DNA of 64,000 bases from Rebecca billardiae RCC1528. Its lineage: Eukaryota > Protista > Haptophyta. Under the pieces are notes generated by a model, which was not told the DNA's origin, made no database searches, and worked only from the letters and a program-made list of their open reading frames with translations. A program made the translations under genes and the position numbers. Location: positions 992,001 through 1,056,000 of the forward strand of contig OZ251248.1 in assembly GCA_965240325.2 (NCBI GenBank). The letters run 5' to 3'. Of this stretch, positions 22,634 to 35,745 are shown in pieces (position 1 is the first letter of the stretch; each line of letters begins with the position of its first letter).

Positions 22634-25600
22634 ATGGAGGACGACGAGACATCGTGCCCGCTGTGCATGGAGGACCTCGATGTGACCGACCGCAACTTCC
22701 GCCCGTGCCCGTGCGGCTACCAGGTGCGGCGGACGCGCGGCGCGGCGCGCCGGCCGGCGCGCCGCCGCGCCGCGGCGCGCGCGTGACGCGGGCGGCGCGC
22801 GCGGCGCGGTGCGCGCGCGCCCGGCGCGGCAGGTGTGCCTCTGGTGCTACCACCACATCAAGGAGAACCTCAACGGCCAGTGCCCCGCCTGCCGCCGCCC
22901 GTACGCGGACGCGGAGCTCACGGCCGACCCTGAGGAGCTCGCCAAGCTCGCCGTCGAGAAGAAGCACAAGGACAAGCTGGAGAAGCGGCAGCAGCGCTCG
23001 AAGGAGACGGTGGAGGCGCGGCCGCGCCCCGCGCCGCTCACGCGCGAGCAGCTGCAGAACGTCCGCGTCATCCAGCGCACCCTCGTGTACGCGGTCGGGC
23101 TGTCGCCGCGGATCGCGCGCGAGGAGATGCTCCGCCGGCCCGAGTTCTTCGGGCAGTACGGCCGGATCGTGAAGGTGGCGGTGAACACGGCGCAGGCGTA
23201 CTCGGGCAACGCCTCCTTCGGCCAGTCGCTCTCGTGCTACATCACGTACAGCAACAAGGACGAGGTGCGGGCCGGCGGGCGCGCGCGGGCGCGCGGCCGC
23301 GCGGGCGGGGCGCGCGCGGCGCCGTTGGCGGACGGCGCGCACCGCGGGAGCGGCGGCGGCGGGGGAGTGCGTGCATGCGTGCGTGCTGCGCTGGGGCTCG
23401 CGGCGCCCGTCGGCGCTGCCGCCACGCCGCGGCTGGCCGCCGCCGCCGCGCGCGCCTGGCACTCACGCGGCATCGCCCGCCCGCCCACGCGCGCGACCCG
23501 CCGCCCGCTGCGACCGGCCGCGCGTCGGCGCAGGCGCTGAACGCGATCCTCGCGACGGACGGGATCGTGCTCGACGGGCGCACGCTGCGCGCGCAGTTCG
23601 GCACGACCAAGTACTGCGCGCACTACATCCGGCACAACACGCCGTGCACCAACCCCGAGTGCATGTTCCTGCACGAAATTGGGGACATGGCCGATACCTA
23701 CACCAAGGAGGAAATGGTTGGGAACGGAAATCGATTCCACAACGAGACGCACCCGGCGACCTCGCACCGCGCGATGGCGGTGCACGCCGCGCACGGCGGC
23801 AGGCCGCAGCTCCAGGTCAAGTACCTGCCGCAGCCGCAGCAGGTGAGTAGGGGTAGGGGTAGGGGTGAGGGGTAGGGGTTCGCGCGGCGGGGCCGCCTGC
23901 GCGCGCACACGCACGCGGCGCGGGCTGAACGCCGCGCGCCGCCGCGCCGTGCGCGCGCGCGCCGCAGGCGCTGCTCGACGCGTTCGGCGTGCCGAACACG
24001 GTGGCGCGCGCGCCGCGCGACCGCGCGGCGCCCGGGGGCGGCGCGGGCGGCTCGGCGCAGGCGGGCGGCAGCGGTGGCGGCGGCGGCGGGAGCGGCTGCG
24101 CCGCCGGCGGTCTGTCGCAGACGAGCTCGCCGCTGCTTCAGCCGCAGCAGCCGGCGCAGCCGGCGCAGCAGCCGTCGCCGCAGCAGCAGCAGCAGCAGCT
24201 GCTGCTGCAGCTGCTGCAGCCGCCGCCACACTCGCTGCCGCTCGGCGGCGCGGACGGCGGCGGCGCATACGGCGGCGGCGCGGCTCGGTTGCCAACGTCG
24301 CTGTTGCGAGGCGGCGGCGCGGCGGGCGGCGGCGGCGCGGGCTGGGAGGCGCTGGGAGGCGGCGGCGGTATGCCCACCGCCGCCGACGCGCAGCCGCAGC
24401 CGCAGCCGCAGCCGCAGCCGCAGCCGCAGCAGGAGCTGCACGCGGCCGCAGAGGCTGGCGGGTGCCTCTGGTCTGAGCAACTGGCGGCGGCCGCGGCGGC
24501 GGCGGGCGCGCGCGGCGGCGTGCTGGAGGGCGCAGCGCTCGGCGGCGGCGGCGGCGGCGCGTTTGGCGGCGGCGTGGGCGGCACGGACGGCGGCTTTGTC
24601 GGCGGCCCCTCGCCCGGACTCTCCGGATTTGGCGCGGTCGGGATCCCGGCGTGCTCGCTCGGCGGGCCTTCGCTGCTGCAGCTCGGCGGCGACGAGCCCG
24701 GGGTGTGCGGCGGTGGCGGCGGCGGCGGCGGTTGTGGCGGCGCGTGCGCCGCCGCGGGCGAGGGCGGCGGCGGCAGCTTGCTGCCGCCGCGTGCGGCACA
24801 CGCGGCCGCGCTCGGCGGCGGCCTGCCCCCGCCGCACGCCGCGCCGCCGCCGCCGCACCAGCAGCCGCAGCACGGCGCCGCCGGCCGCCGCTTGGACGGC
24901 CCCGCGCAGGCGGTGCTGAACGGGCTGCTCGACCTCGACCCAAATTGCTTCCCGCCCGGCTCGGACGGTCGCGTGCCGCCTTCGCTGCTCGTGCGCACGG
25001 CGATCGCGATGTTCGCGCTCGCGGCGGGCGGCGGGGTCGAGGGCTTGCGCGAGCTGCTCGAGCGCGACGGCGCGCAGTTCGCCGCCGCCGCGCGCTCGCT
25101 CCTCGAGCGCGCCGACTTTTGGACGCAGCCGCTCCGGGTGCGCGCGGCGTCGGCCACGCGCGGCGGCCACCACGCGCGGCAGCGCCGCCGCGCGCGGGGC
25201 AGCGGGCGGGTGTGGCGCCGGGGCTCCGTTGAGTGCGGCGGTCTTTTTGTTTGCGGCTTTGTGTGTGTGTGTGTGTGTGTGCGTGCGTGCGTGTGTGTGC
25301 GCGCGTCGTCAGGGTTAGGGTAAGGCTTAGGGTTAGGGTGTTGTGCTGGGCGCGTGGGCGTGGCCGTGCGCGGGTGCGAGCGCGGCGCCCCGCCCGCGCC
25401 CGCTCAGCGCCCGCCCGCCCACGCCCACGCGCCGCGCGCCGCGCGCCGCGCGCCGCCCCGCAGGTGGGCGGGATGGACGAGGCTCAGGAGGACGGCGGCG
25501 GCGCGGCCGACGTGGGCAAGGCGTCGTCCGCCGGCACAGCCGAGAGCGCTGGCACAGCCGACAGCGTGCCGAGGGGGTCGCGGCTGCACTACCTGCTGGG

Positions 25601-26174
25601 CGGCGGCGGCGGCGGCGGCGGCGGCGTGTCGATGCTGGGGCGCGGCATGCGCGGCGGCGGCGGCGGCGCCAACGGCCGGCTCGGGCCGAGGGGGGCGGAG
25701 TGCGCACAGCAGGCTGCTGCAGCCGAGCGCTCCTTGCTGACAGCCGACGCGGCCGGCGCGCCGCCGCCGCCGCCCGCCGAGGACGACTGGCACCGCTCCT
25801 TCCGCGCGCTGCTGCCCAACGTCAACGTCTCGTTCCGCCAGACCGCCCCGCCGCCGGTCGGCGCGCCGCCGCCGAGCGCGCACGACTCGGTCGCGGCGCT
25901 GTGGCTCGGCTCGGCGCCGGGCGGTGGCTCGGAGGCGGAGGGCGCGCCGCCGGCGGTGTCGGACGCGGAGCTGGTCGCGCTCGGCCAGAGCCGCGGCGGT
26001 GGCGCCGAGCCGCGGCCGCCGAGCGCGGGCGGCGACGGCGCCGCCGAGCACGATGGCGGCGGCGGCGGTGGCGGCGGCGGCCCGAGCCAGCAGCAGCCGC
26101 ACGCGAGCTCCCAGCAGCACGACGCGCCGGCCGGCTCGCGCGCGTCGCGCTGGTGGTCGTCCACCTCAGCCTGA
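22634..26174 (+). CDS. NOT4: CCR4-NOT subunit 4, RING E3 ligase (multi-exon)
   Basis: C4C4 RING CPLCMEDLDVTDRNFRPCPCGYQ/VCLWCYHHIKENLNGQCPACRRPY, RRM NVRVIQRTLVYAVGL...FFGQYG, and C3H finger GTTKYC...CTNPECMFLH. Introns at about 22724-22832, 23265-23534, 23843-23968 and 25138-25463; later boundaries are approximate. Confidence 0.92.
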
Positions 26175-26721
26175 CGACCCACGGCCACGGCGGGCCCGCC
26201 GCGCCTGACTCACGAGTCACGCACACACGATATTATAATATATATACCGATACGTATATATAGGCATATATATATATATATATATATGTGGCGTTATAAC
26301 GCAGTTATAACCGAATGTGTCGGGAGGCTGGAAGGTGATGCGTCGCAGTGTCGTGACAGCCAAGGCCAAGGGCCTCCATCGTCTACCTGATCCTGCAGGT
26401 AGTTGCTTCGTGCTGGTACGGCGCTCGAGATCATATCCAAGATCATCTGCAGTCATCCGAGTGGCAGCTTTCCAGTTCATCAAGCAACTAACCAGTCGAG
26501 CTCACACAAATCGGCACTTTACGACCTTTCGCGCCGAGCTCACAAGCTGCTCATCAGTTACTGCCAGTCGGCCCCTTGCCTCATCATCAGCAAACGAGGC
26601 CCCATCTCCTTCGCCGTCGCGTGCTTCTTTGCTCGTGCTCGCTCGCTCGTCGCTCAAATCCCCACCTCACACAAGTATATATACACATCGATTGGCGCCG
26701 CTTCAATCTTTGTGCAGGAGG

Positions 26722-26852
<131 letters not shown>

Positions 26853-29108
26853 CTACGATATATAATTTAGTTACTACGATTTTAGATCAGATGCGCCTAC
26901 GACTCGTAGTCGGTCTCGGACTCGGAGTCGGAGTCGCCTCGGTCGGAGTGAAGTGACGCATGCCCGGCGGAGCGACTCGCGGCAGCCTCGGGGCCTAGGG
27001 GGGCCAAAGTGGCACTGTGACGTGACTGACGGCTACGAGCGCTGGTCCTAGCGAGTGTTTAGCGCTGAATTGGGGCTGGATCATATGCCCTCTGGAGGGG
27101 TCTGGGCCAGCCAAGTAAAAAAAGCAGGTGCACATACCCTGAATATAGGGCGTAACGGCTAGCATATTTACTTATTAGAATGAGCCTGAACTTATTGGAA
27201 ACGGCATGTAACGGCTGTCTTATATGTGACATATATACCATGTCGACTTCACTTTGATAGAGCATCTCGGCGAGACTTCGTTCTGAGTCCCCAGCAGCAG
27301 CAGGTCCCAACATGCGATATAAGCTGTGTACTGGCAGGCTGTCAAACACGTAGTTTCCCGGAAGCCACTGGTCGTTACATACCCACCGTGTATATAGACG
27401 CCATGCTGATGAATACAGTCTCGTCTGATCTCGAGCCGCGAGATACGTTTTCAGACTGTGTATACGGCCACGCGTACGGCGTATTGCAGACATAGTAGAC
27501 CCAAAGCACCGGCCCCATGTCCTCAGCCCGGGAGTACTCTCGGTCATAATCAAGGTTTAAAGTCACTCGAGCCAACCGTCACCGCTCCATGGCCGAGACC
27601 TACGAGGCAGGTCAAATCTGTCGTCATCGCAGTGCGGCACAGTGCCGAGCATGCGATTCGGCAGCAAACGCCTGCTCCAGGTGGTGGCTGGCGTCTCTGC
27701 ACCAAACCAGGCCGGATGGGATCGGTCCATATATGTACGCCCTACCCTGTTCCGCGCTATTTCTGGGCGTTGGGGCGGATATTCGGCCTACAGAGGCTGA
27801 TCCGGCGCTGTTCGGCGCTCCTGGCTGGCTGCGCGGAGCCCAATGGCAAGCGCCGGCGTGTGCAAGGTGTCAAGATTGAGACGATCTCTGACGCTCCCGC
27901 CGGTCTTGGGCGCACCACGTGCATGGAGGCCCATCTGCGTCTGCTTCTGCAGGCATGCGCGTCACAGGGGCGCGCTTGTAGGCACGGTCGAGTGCACGTC
28001 GGAGGCCTGTCGAATGAGCCAACCGCTGCCTGCGAGCACGTCCGCAACGTCCTGAGAGGCGAATGGGAGGCGCCCCGACGCCATCTGGGGGCACGCATGA
28101 CCCATACCCAACGTGCTGACCATCGCCAGTGCCACGGCAGGTGCAAACACGGGCCCTACGAGCGGAACATGACAGTTGCGGGCTCCGCGGAGGTGTTGCG
28201 CGCGAGCTCGCGCAGGTCTGCTGACGGCGATTCCGGCGCAGCAGGGCAGGTTAGGCGAGCTGGGCATCCACGGATACACATGAACACTCGGGGCGAGCAT
28301 CGATCTCGCCGGGGCGAGTTGATCTTGAGCCACAAGGAGCGGTAGCGTGACGGGCGTACGCAGCGCACCAATTCAAGCCGGCCGACGCGCGCCGCGCACG
28401 GCGCGAGGTGGCCAAGAACCGGGTGGTGAGCCGCTGGTGGCGCAAAGACAAGGGTCAGAAGCGCCCACCAGCGTCACGCGCGCGCGCTCCCGAGACCATA
28501 TCGGCGTCTCATGGGACGCGAGCGCGCGGCGGTCCACTGCCTCCGGCCGCTCGTGCTCGAGCGGAACCGAGCTCTGAGCGCCCGAACGCGTCGGAGCTCG
28601 ATTTTCGAGCGGGGTCCGAGAAAAAGGCTCCGCGCCACCCTAAAAGGCCGAGGGAGGAGCGAAAATGCGCCGCGGCTTTGATTTTCTTTTTTTAATGAGC
28701 GGTTTGGCCCCCCTACGGCGACTCGGGCTCGGCGCGACGTCTCGGCCGCGACGAGTCACGTACGTCAGACGGTCCGAGGCCGCTACTCACGAGTGCTCTA
28801 TTATAGCTGCTGCCGCGCCCGGGCGATCGCCGCGTCCATCCACGTCGGCGTCGGCGGCACGGCACTCGGCAGGGCCGATCGCGCTGACCGGCCGCCGTCA
28901 GTGCCGCGGCAGTGACAGTACTGGCACACTGACACGGCGGACCGTGCTAACCGTGAGGCGCGCGCGCCGAGTGGGGCTCTGACAGCCGAGGCGGGCGGCG
29001 GCCGCCAGCCAGCTCGCGCTGCGTGCGCCGCGCGCGCGCGCGCGGCTGCGCGCCCGCGCGCGCGCCTCGCCCGCTCCGGGCTCTGCTCTGCTCGGTCCGG
29101 CTCGGCGG

Positions 29109-32100
29109 CTACGCGGGCTTGGCCGCCTGCGCCGCCCGGTGGCACTGGACCTGCGCGCGCGGGCGGACACGGGACAGACGCGCCGCGGCGCGCAGCACGC
29201 GGGCAGCGCAGTAGAGCCGCGTGAGCGTGCGCGGCCGCGTGCGCGCGCGCATCCCGCCCTGCCCCGCCTGCTGCCCGCCCGCTGGCCTCCCGGACTCCTC
29301 CGCGCCCGGACTCCCCCGGGCCCGGACTCCCCGGACTCACTCACCAGGAATTCTTCGTAGGCGAGCATCTGCACGGAGCGCTCCTCGGTGAGGCAGCGAT
29401 GGACGAGCAGCTCCTCGGGCGCGCCCTGCCGGATCACGCGCAGCGGCGAGAGCGCGCCGGGGCGCTCGGCGCGCAGCGCGGCCACGATGGCGTGCACCGT
29501 GCGCGCCGCCTCCGAGTGCGTCGGCGGCGCGAGCGCGAGCTGCCACGGCTCTGCGCTGTCGAGGCTCGGCCTGCGCGCCGGCGGCGGCGGCGGGGGCGGC
29601 GGGTGCGGGTGCGCGCGCGGAGGGGGGGGGGGGCGGGGGTGAGCACGCGAGCGCGGCGAGGCGCGCGAGGCCGATCTGCGGCTGCGGCGCGCGGCGCGCG
29701 CTCGCCGGGCCGCGCGCACAGGCCAAAGACGTCGTGCACGAACGCCGGCGGCACGGCTCGGCCCACCCACAGCAACAGCTGCCGTCCATCCTCGAGGAGG
29801 AAGACGCCCTGCGCGTTGGCGAGGGTGCGCTCGGTGAGCGGCAGCAACGGCGGCAGCGCGACGAAGCCGTGCGGCGGCACCGCCGTCCCGAGCGGCGGGC
29901 GCAGCTCGAGCAGCAGCGGCAGCAGCCGCGGGTGCGCCGCCGCCACGACCGCGTGAGTCGGCAAGTACTCGAGAGACATGAGCGCGGCCGCGCGCTCGTC
30001 TGCGCGGACGTCCGTCTCTGCGCGCGCGGGCCGGGGGGCGCGGAGGAGGGGCGGCGGCGCGTGTGGCGGGGTGTGCTGCCTGGCGGGGGCGCCCGCCGCG
30101 TGGCTGGCCGCTGGCGCGCGCGCTTGCGCACGCGCGACCGCGCGCGCATGGCGCGGGCGCGGCCGCGCGCGGTCGCGGTCGCGGTCGCGCGCCAGCGCTC
30201 ACCCGGCTTGAGGGCGACGTGCTTGAGGAGGCCGAGCGCGTAGAGCGGCAGCAGCCGCAGCTCCTCGGGCAGCAGCACCGCCGCTGAGTGCTTCGCGTCG
30301 GGCGGGCACACGCCGCGGAAGCCGCGCAGCACCTGCGCGGCGGCACAGCGGCGCAGCGGCGGCGGCGGCGGCGGCGCGGCGCGCGGCGGCGGCGCGGCGG
30401 CGCGCGTGAGCGCGCGGCGGGCGCGCGGTCGCGCGCGGCGTGTGTGTGTGTGTGTGTGTGTGTGTGGCCGTGCGGGGCTGGCGGCGGCGGCGGCGCGCGC
30501 GCGCGCACGTCGTTCGTCTTGGCCTGCACCAGCTCGCGCGCCTCCTGCGGCTTTCCCGCCAGCGCCTTCTCCGCCGCGAGCTTGGCGAGCAGCGCCGCGC
30601 ACGCGTCCACGTCCGCATGCCGAAACAGGTCGGTGACGTAACCGACGACAGGGATGGCCTTGGTGTGCACGCGGATGCGGCGCTCGCCGGTGGAGGTGGT
30701 GTAGAGCAGCGCGGCCTGCACGGCGACGTGCGAGGCGGAGAGCGCGTTCTCCTCCAGCCCGAGCGTGATCGAGAACGCCTTGTCCGCGTCCACGTTGGGC
30801 AGCGCCAGCAGGTCGGTGCCGCGCACGAAAAAGTGGCCGTGGAAGGAGTTGATCTTGACGCCTTGCGAGCAGCGCACGCGCATCACCGCCTCCCAGCCCT
30901 GCTCGCGCGTGAGGTTGTGCCGCAGCGCGTCGGCGAGCGCGGGGCCGTCGCGCGGCGCGGAGAACCCCGGCAGGTGGTACACGCTCCCGCCCGTGTGCTT
31001 CGCCAGCTGGCCGAGGGTGACCACGTCCGCGTACGTGGCGGCAAATGCCCACACGTCGGCGCAGATCTGCTGCCGCGAGCACTCGACGGCGAGCTTCTTG
31101 TAGAAGCCCTCCTCGGGGAGGAGGAGGTTGTGCTGCTGCGCGCCCACCGGGCGCGTGGCGCCCTTGCCCGCCGCGCCGCCGCCGCCGCCGCCGCCCCCGC
31201 CGCCCCCGCGCCCGCCGCCGCCGCCCGCGCGCGCGTCCTCGCGGTTGCGCAGCCGCGCCTCGCCAACAGACGGCAGCGTGGTGGAGAAGACATGCAGTTT
31301 GCCTCCGACGTGCTGCATGAGCTGGAAGGCGGCCTTGAGCGCGGGGCCGAGCGCGGCGTCGAGGTTCTGCGAGCCCGCGAACATCGCGGGCAGCCGCTCG
31401 AGCAGCGTCTCCACCAGCACGCGCGACTCCACCAAGTTGACCAGCATGTCGTCGGGCAGCGGCAGGAAGATATCGCCGATGTCTGCGACCGTGATCAGCT
31501 GCGGCTGCGACAGCGTCGGCGCGAGGTTGAAGAAGTGCACGGCGGAGTCGTAGGCGATGATGGAGACCTGCGTGCGCACGTCGCCCGGCAGCGCGTCCAG
31601 CGCCTCGCGCACCGTCTGCGCCACCGTCCCCACCATCCCCGTCGCCACCGCGTGGTACGACACGTCGACCAGAAACACAAACACAGGCGGCTGCGGCGGC
31701 CGAACCATGTAGTCGGCGGACGCGACAAATTCGACCGAGCCGCGCGAGAGCTCGGGGCGCTCGGCGGCGTCGCGCCGGCGGCCGTGCTCGTCGAGCGCGC
31801 AGAAGTAGTCGGCGGGCACCTCGTTCACCAGGTAGCACAGGTTGCACTTCCACCGCCGCCCGCCGTCCAGCCACCCCACGAACGGGTTTATGTACGTGCG
31901 GCAGCGGCGGCAGCGCACGACGCCGCTGCCGCCAAACGCCACGACCGGCACTTCCTCGTCGCCGGGGAGGCGCGGCGGGGCGAGGGGCTGGAGCACGGCG
32001 CCGAGCGGGAGGCCGGCCTTGGCGAGCGTCGACGTCGAGCTCGGCGCCGCGTTCACCGTCAGCCGCAGGAAGCGGCTCGGCGCCTGCTCCGCCGGGCCGT

Positions 32101-32327
32101 TGGCCGCCAGCAGCGCGTCGCAGCCCTCCAGCACGCGCGCCTCGTCGGCGGTCGGGCGCGGCGCGTGCGCGGGGTCGACGGCGCCGCCGCCCTGCCCGCC
32201 GAGGGGGAGCGAGAGGTAGCGCTCGGCCAGCGGCTGGTCGAGCTCCGCCGCGCCGCCCGCCACGCCGGCCAGCGGCGCGGGCGCGCCCTGGTACCCCACG
32301 GGGCGGCCGCCGACGAGCGAGGGCGGC

Positions 32328-32382
<55 letters not shown>

Positions 32383-33508
32383 CCGCGCCGCCGCCCTGCC
32401 CCGGCGGCGCCGAGTACATGACGGGCGGCGCGGGCGCGGGCGGCTGCGGCGGCTGCGCGTGCAGCATGCCGCCCGGGTGCCCCGGCGGCCCGCCGCCGCG
32501 CCCGGGCGGCGGCGGCGGCCCGCCGTACCCGCCGCCGCCCGGCGGGCCGCCCGGCGGCGGCGGGCCGCCGCCGCCGCCGCCGCCGCCACCATACGGCCCG
32601 GCGGGCGGCGGCGGGCCGCCTGCGCCGTACCCGCCGCCGGGCGGCGGCGGGCCGCCGCCGCCGCCGCTGCCCGGCATGGGCGGGCCCTGCGGCGGCCCCT
32701 GCTGCTGCGGCGGCTGCGGCGGCGGCTGCGCCGCCGGCATGGGCGGCCCCTGCTGCGGCTGCGGCGGCCCCTGCTGCTGCCAGCTCGGCGGCGGCGCCGG
32801 TCCGCCGCCGCCGCCCGGCGGCGGCGCGCCGCCGCGCGCGGGCGGCGGCGGGCCGGCGGCGCCGCCGGGCGGCGGCATGCCGTTGCCCTGCGCGGCGTGC
32901 ATCGGCGGCGGCGCGCGCCCCGGCGGCCCGCCCACGCCGCCCGCCGGCGGCGGCCCCACGTTCCCGCTGCCGCCGCCGCTGGGCAAGCGCACCATCTGCG
33001 GCGGCGGCGGGCCGCCGCCGCCGCCGCCGTGCATCTGCGGCGGCGGCGGGCCGCCGCCGGGCGGGCCCGGCGGCGGCGGCTGCGCGCCCGGCGGCGGCGG
33101 CCCGCCCATCATCGGCGGGCGCGCGCCCTGCGCGGGCGGCGGCGGGCCGCCCGCGGCCGGCGGCGGCGGCCCGGCACCGCCCGGCTGCGGCGGCCGCGGC
33201 ACAAAGACGTTGGGCTGTCCGGGCGGCGGCGGGCCGGACTGGGCGCCGGGCGTGGCCATCGGCGGCGCGCCGCAGCCGCAGCCGGGCGGCGGCGGCCCGC
33301 CCGCGTACGCGCCGGGCGGCGGCGGGCCGCCCGCGTACGGCGCGCCGGGCGGCGGCGGCGCGTACTGGCCGGGCGGCGGCGGCGCGCCGCCCGGCTGCGG
33401 CGGGTGCTGCGGCGGCGGGTAGCCGCCGCCGGGCGGGGCGCCCTGCTGCGGCGGCGGCATCATCATCGGCCGCCGCGGGTCGTTCGGGTTGTTGCCGCCG
33501 GGGTGCAT
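29109..33508 (-). CDS. SEC24: COPII coat subunit Sec24 (P/G/Q-rich N-terminus, Zn finger, trunk, beta-sandwich, helical and gelsolin domains; multi-exon)
   Basis: Motifs VVRCRRCRTYINPFV...WKCNLC, RPELSRGSVEFVASADYMVRPP, FVFLVDVSYHAV, GWEAVMRVRCSQG and QAALLYTTSTGERRIRVHT. ATG at 33508. Last exon VQCHRAAQAAKPA* follows intron 29151-29344. Confidence 0.95.
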
Positions 33509-33773
33509 CGTGCGCGGCGCGGCCGAGTGCGCGCGGCGCCTGGCTCTCGCGGGCGAGGGCCGATGGCAGCGCGCCGCTGTGATGCGTCGCGGGCTTTGCA
33601 GCTCTTCTGGCTGCCCGGTCTGGCGGCCACGCCGACGAGCGCTCGGCCGGACCCGAAGCGCTGCGCGTCCGGACGGCACGATGGCGGATTGGCGGGTGTG
33701 CGCTGCAAAGCCCGGACACAGCGCGCGCCCGAGGGGTCGCTCGCCAGAGCCTCGGCGTGTCGCCGCGCAAGCG

Positions 33774-34523
33774 ATGGAGGTCGACGACGACGACGGCAGC
33801 GGCGGCGGCGGCGGCGACGCGGCGGCGGCGGCGGCGGCCCCGCTCATCGTGTGCGAGCAGGCCGCGCGCCTCACCATCGACGCCACCGGACTCCGCGGCG
33901 AGACCGAGCTCGCCGTCCTCCTCCCGCCGGGCGCGCGCGCGCTCACGCTCAACGCGGGGCCTCGGCTGACGATCCTCGGCGCGTCGGTGGACGGGGAGGC
34001 GGCGGAGGTGCTCGAGCACGCGTGCCGCGCGGAGGTGCCGGTGCCGCGCCACGCGCGCGACACGCGCGACCTCCGCTCGTACCGCCGCGCCCTCCGCGCC
34101 GCATGCGCGCGCGACGACGAAGGCGAGCTCATGATCGGGCTGCCGGACGGCGCCGCCGCGCGCGCCGCCGCGGGCGAGGAGGTGACGGTGCGGCTGGCGT
34201 TCGAGGCGGCGGCGCCGTTCGGGTACGGCGCGGCGTGCGCCGACGGCCTCCTCTTCTACACCACGGGCGAGCCCGGCGGCACCCGCCACTGGCTGCCGTG
34301 CGCCGACCGCCCGGCCGCGCTCATTCGACGCGCGCTCACGCTCTCACTGACGGTGCCGGCGGCGTGCACGGCGGTGGCGAGCGGCGAGCTGCAGGAGCGC
34401 GCGCGCGGGCGCGCGGGGGCGGGCGGCGCGGGGGAGCAGCCGGCGGCGGAGGCGCCCGCCGCGCATCCGGCCGGCGCGGCGGAGGCCGGCGCGGCGGGCT
34501 CGGGCGCGGCGGCGGATGCGGGC

Positions 34524-34575
<52 letters not shown>

Positions 34576-34939
34576 AGGCGGAGGAGGCGCGCTGGTGCAC
34601 GTACGTGTACCGCGCGGCGCCGGGCGAGGGCGAGCCGCTGCTCTCCGCCGCGGCGCTCGGGCTGCTCGTCGGCCGGCTGCGCTACACGCCCGTCCCAGGC
34701 ACCGACGGCCGAGTGCTGTGCATGTGGCCGCGCGGCGCGGCGCGCGGCGCGGCGGCGGTCGGCGGCGGCGGCGCGGCGGCGGGCGGCGGCGGCGGCGCGG
34801 CGGCGGGCGGCGACGGGGCGGAGCCGCTCGGGCTCGCGGCGCGGCACACGTGCGCGTTCGCGCCCGCCGCGCTGCGCGCGTGCGCCTCCCTCTTCGGCAG
34901 CGAGCTTCCCTACCGCAGCTTTGCCGTCGCCGTCATTGC

Positions 34940-35035
<96 letters not shown>

Positions 35036-35708
35036 AACAGGCGGCGCAACAGGCGGCGACGCTGATGATGGCGATGGCGGCGGCGGCGCGGCGGACGGCG
35101 ACGACGGCGACGGCGGGTTGGTGGCGGCGGGCGAGAGCGAGCTGGCCGCGCCGGCGGTGCCCTTCGGCAACCTCCTCCTCCTCCGCGCGGACACGGGCGT
35201 GCTGCCGCCACGCTGCGCCTGTCTCGAGCGCGCGCGGCGCGCGGCGGAGGGGCTGGCGCGCGGCCTCGCTGGGAGCTGGGTCGGGCTTGGGTGCGGCGCG
35301 GTGGCGGTGGCGAGCTGGGCGGAGTGGTGGGTGGCGTCGGGCGCGCAGGGCTGGGCCGCGGCGCGCGCGCTCGAGGCGCTCTTCGGCGAGTCCGACGCCG
35401 CGGCGAGCGCGGCCGCGCGCCGCGCCGCGCTCGCGCAGCTCGCGCCCGCGCCGCTGTGGTGGGGTGGCCATGCGCATTCGGCCGAGATTCCGACGGAGGC
35501 GCGGGCGCTCAAGGCGGCGCTGGCGATGGCGGCGCTCGGCGCGCTGGTGGGCGAGGCGGAGCTGGCGCGCGCGCTGCTCGGCGGCGCGCACGCGCGCGCG
35601 GAGGGCGCCGCGGCCGCCGCACACACCGCGCTTGAGGCGGCCGCGGCCGAGGCCGCCGCGGCCGCGGCGGACGCGGCGCGCGCGGCGGGCGCCGACGACG
35701 ACGCGGCC

Positions 35709-35745
<37 letters not shown>

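Noticed and set aside
25311-25338. True telomere or chromosome end
   Set aside because: Only a few imperfect TTAGGG units, inside an intron.
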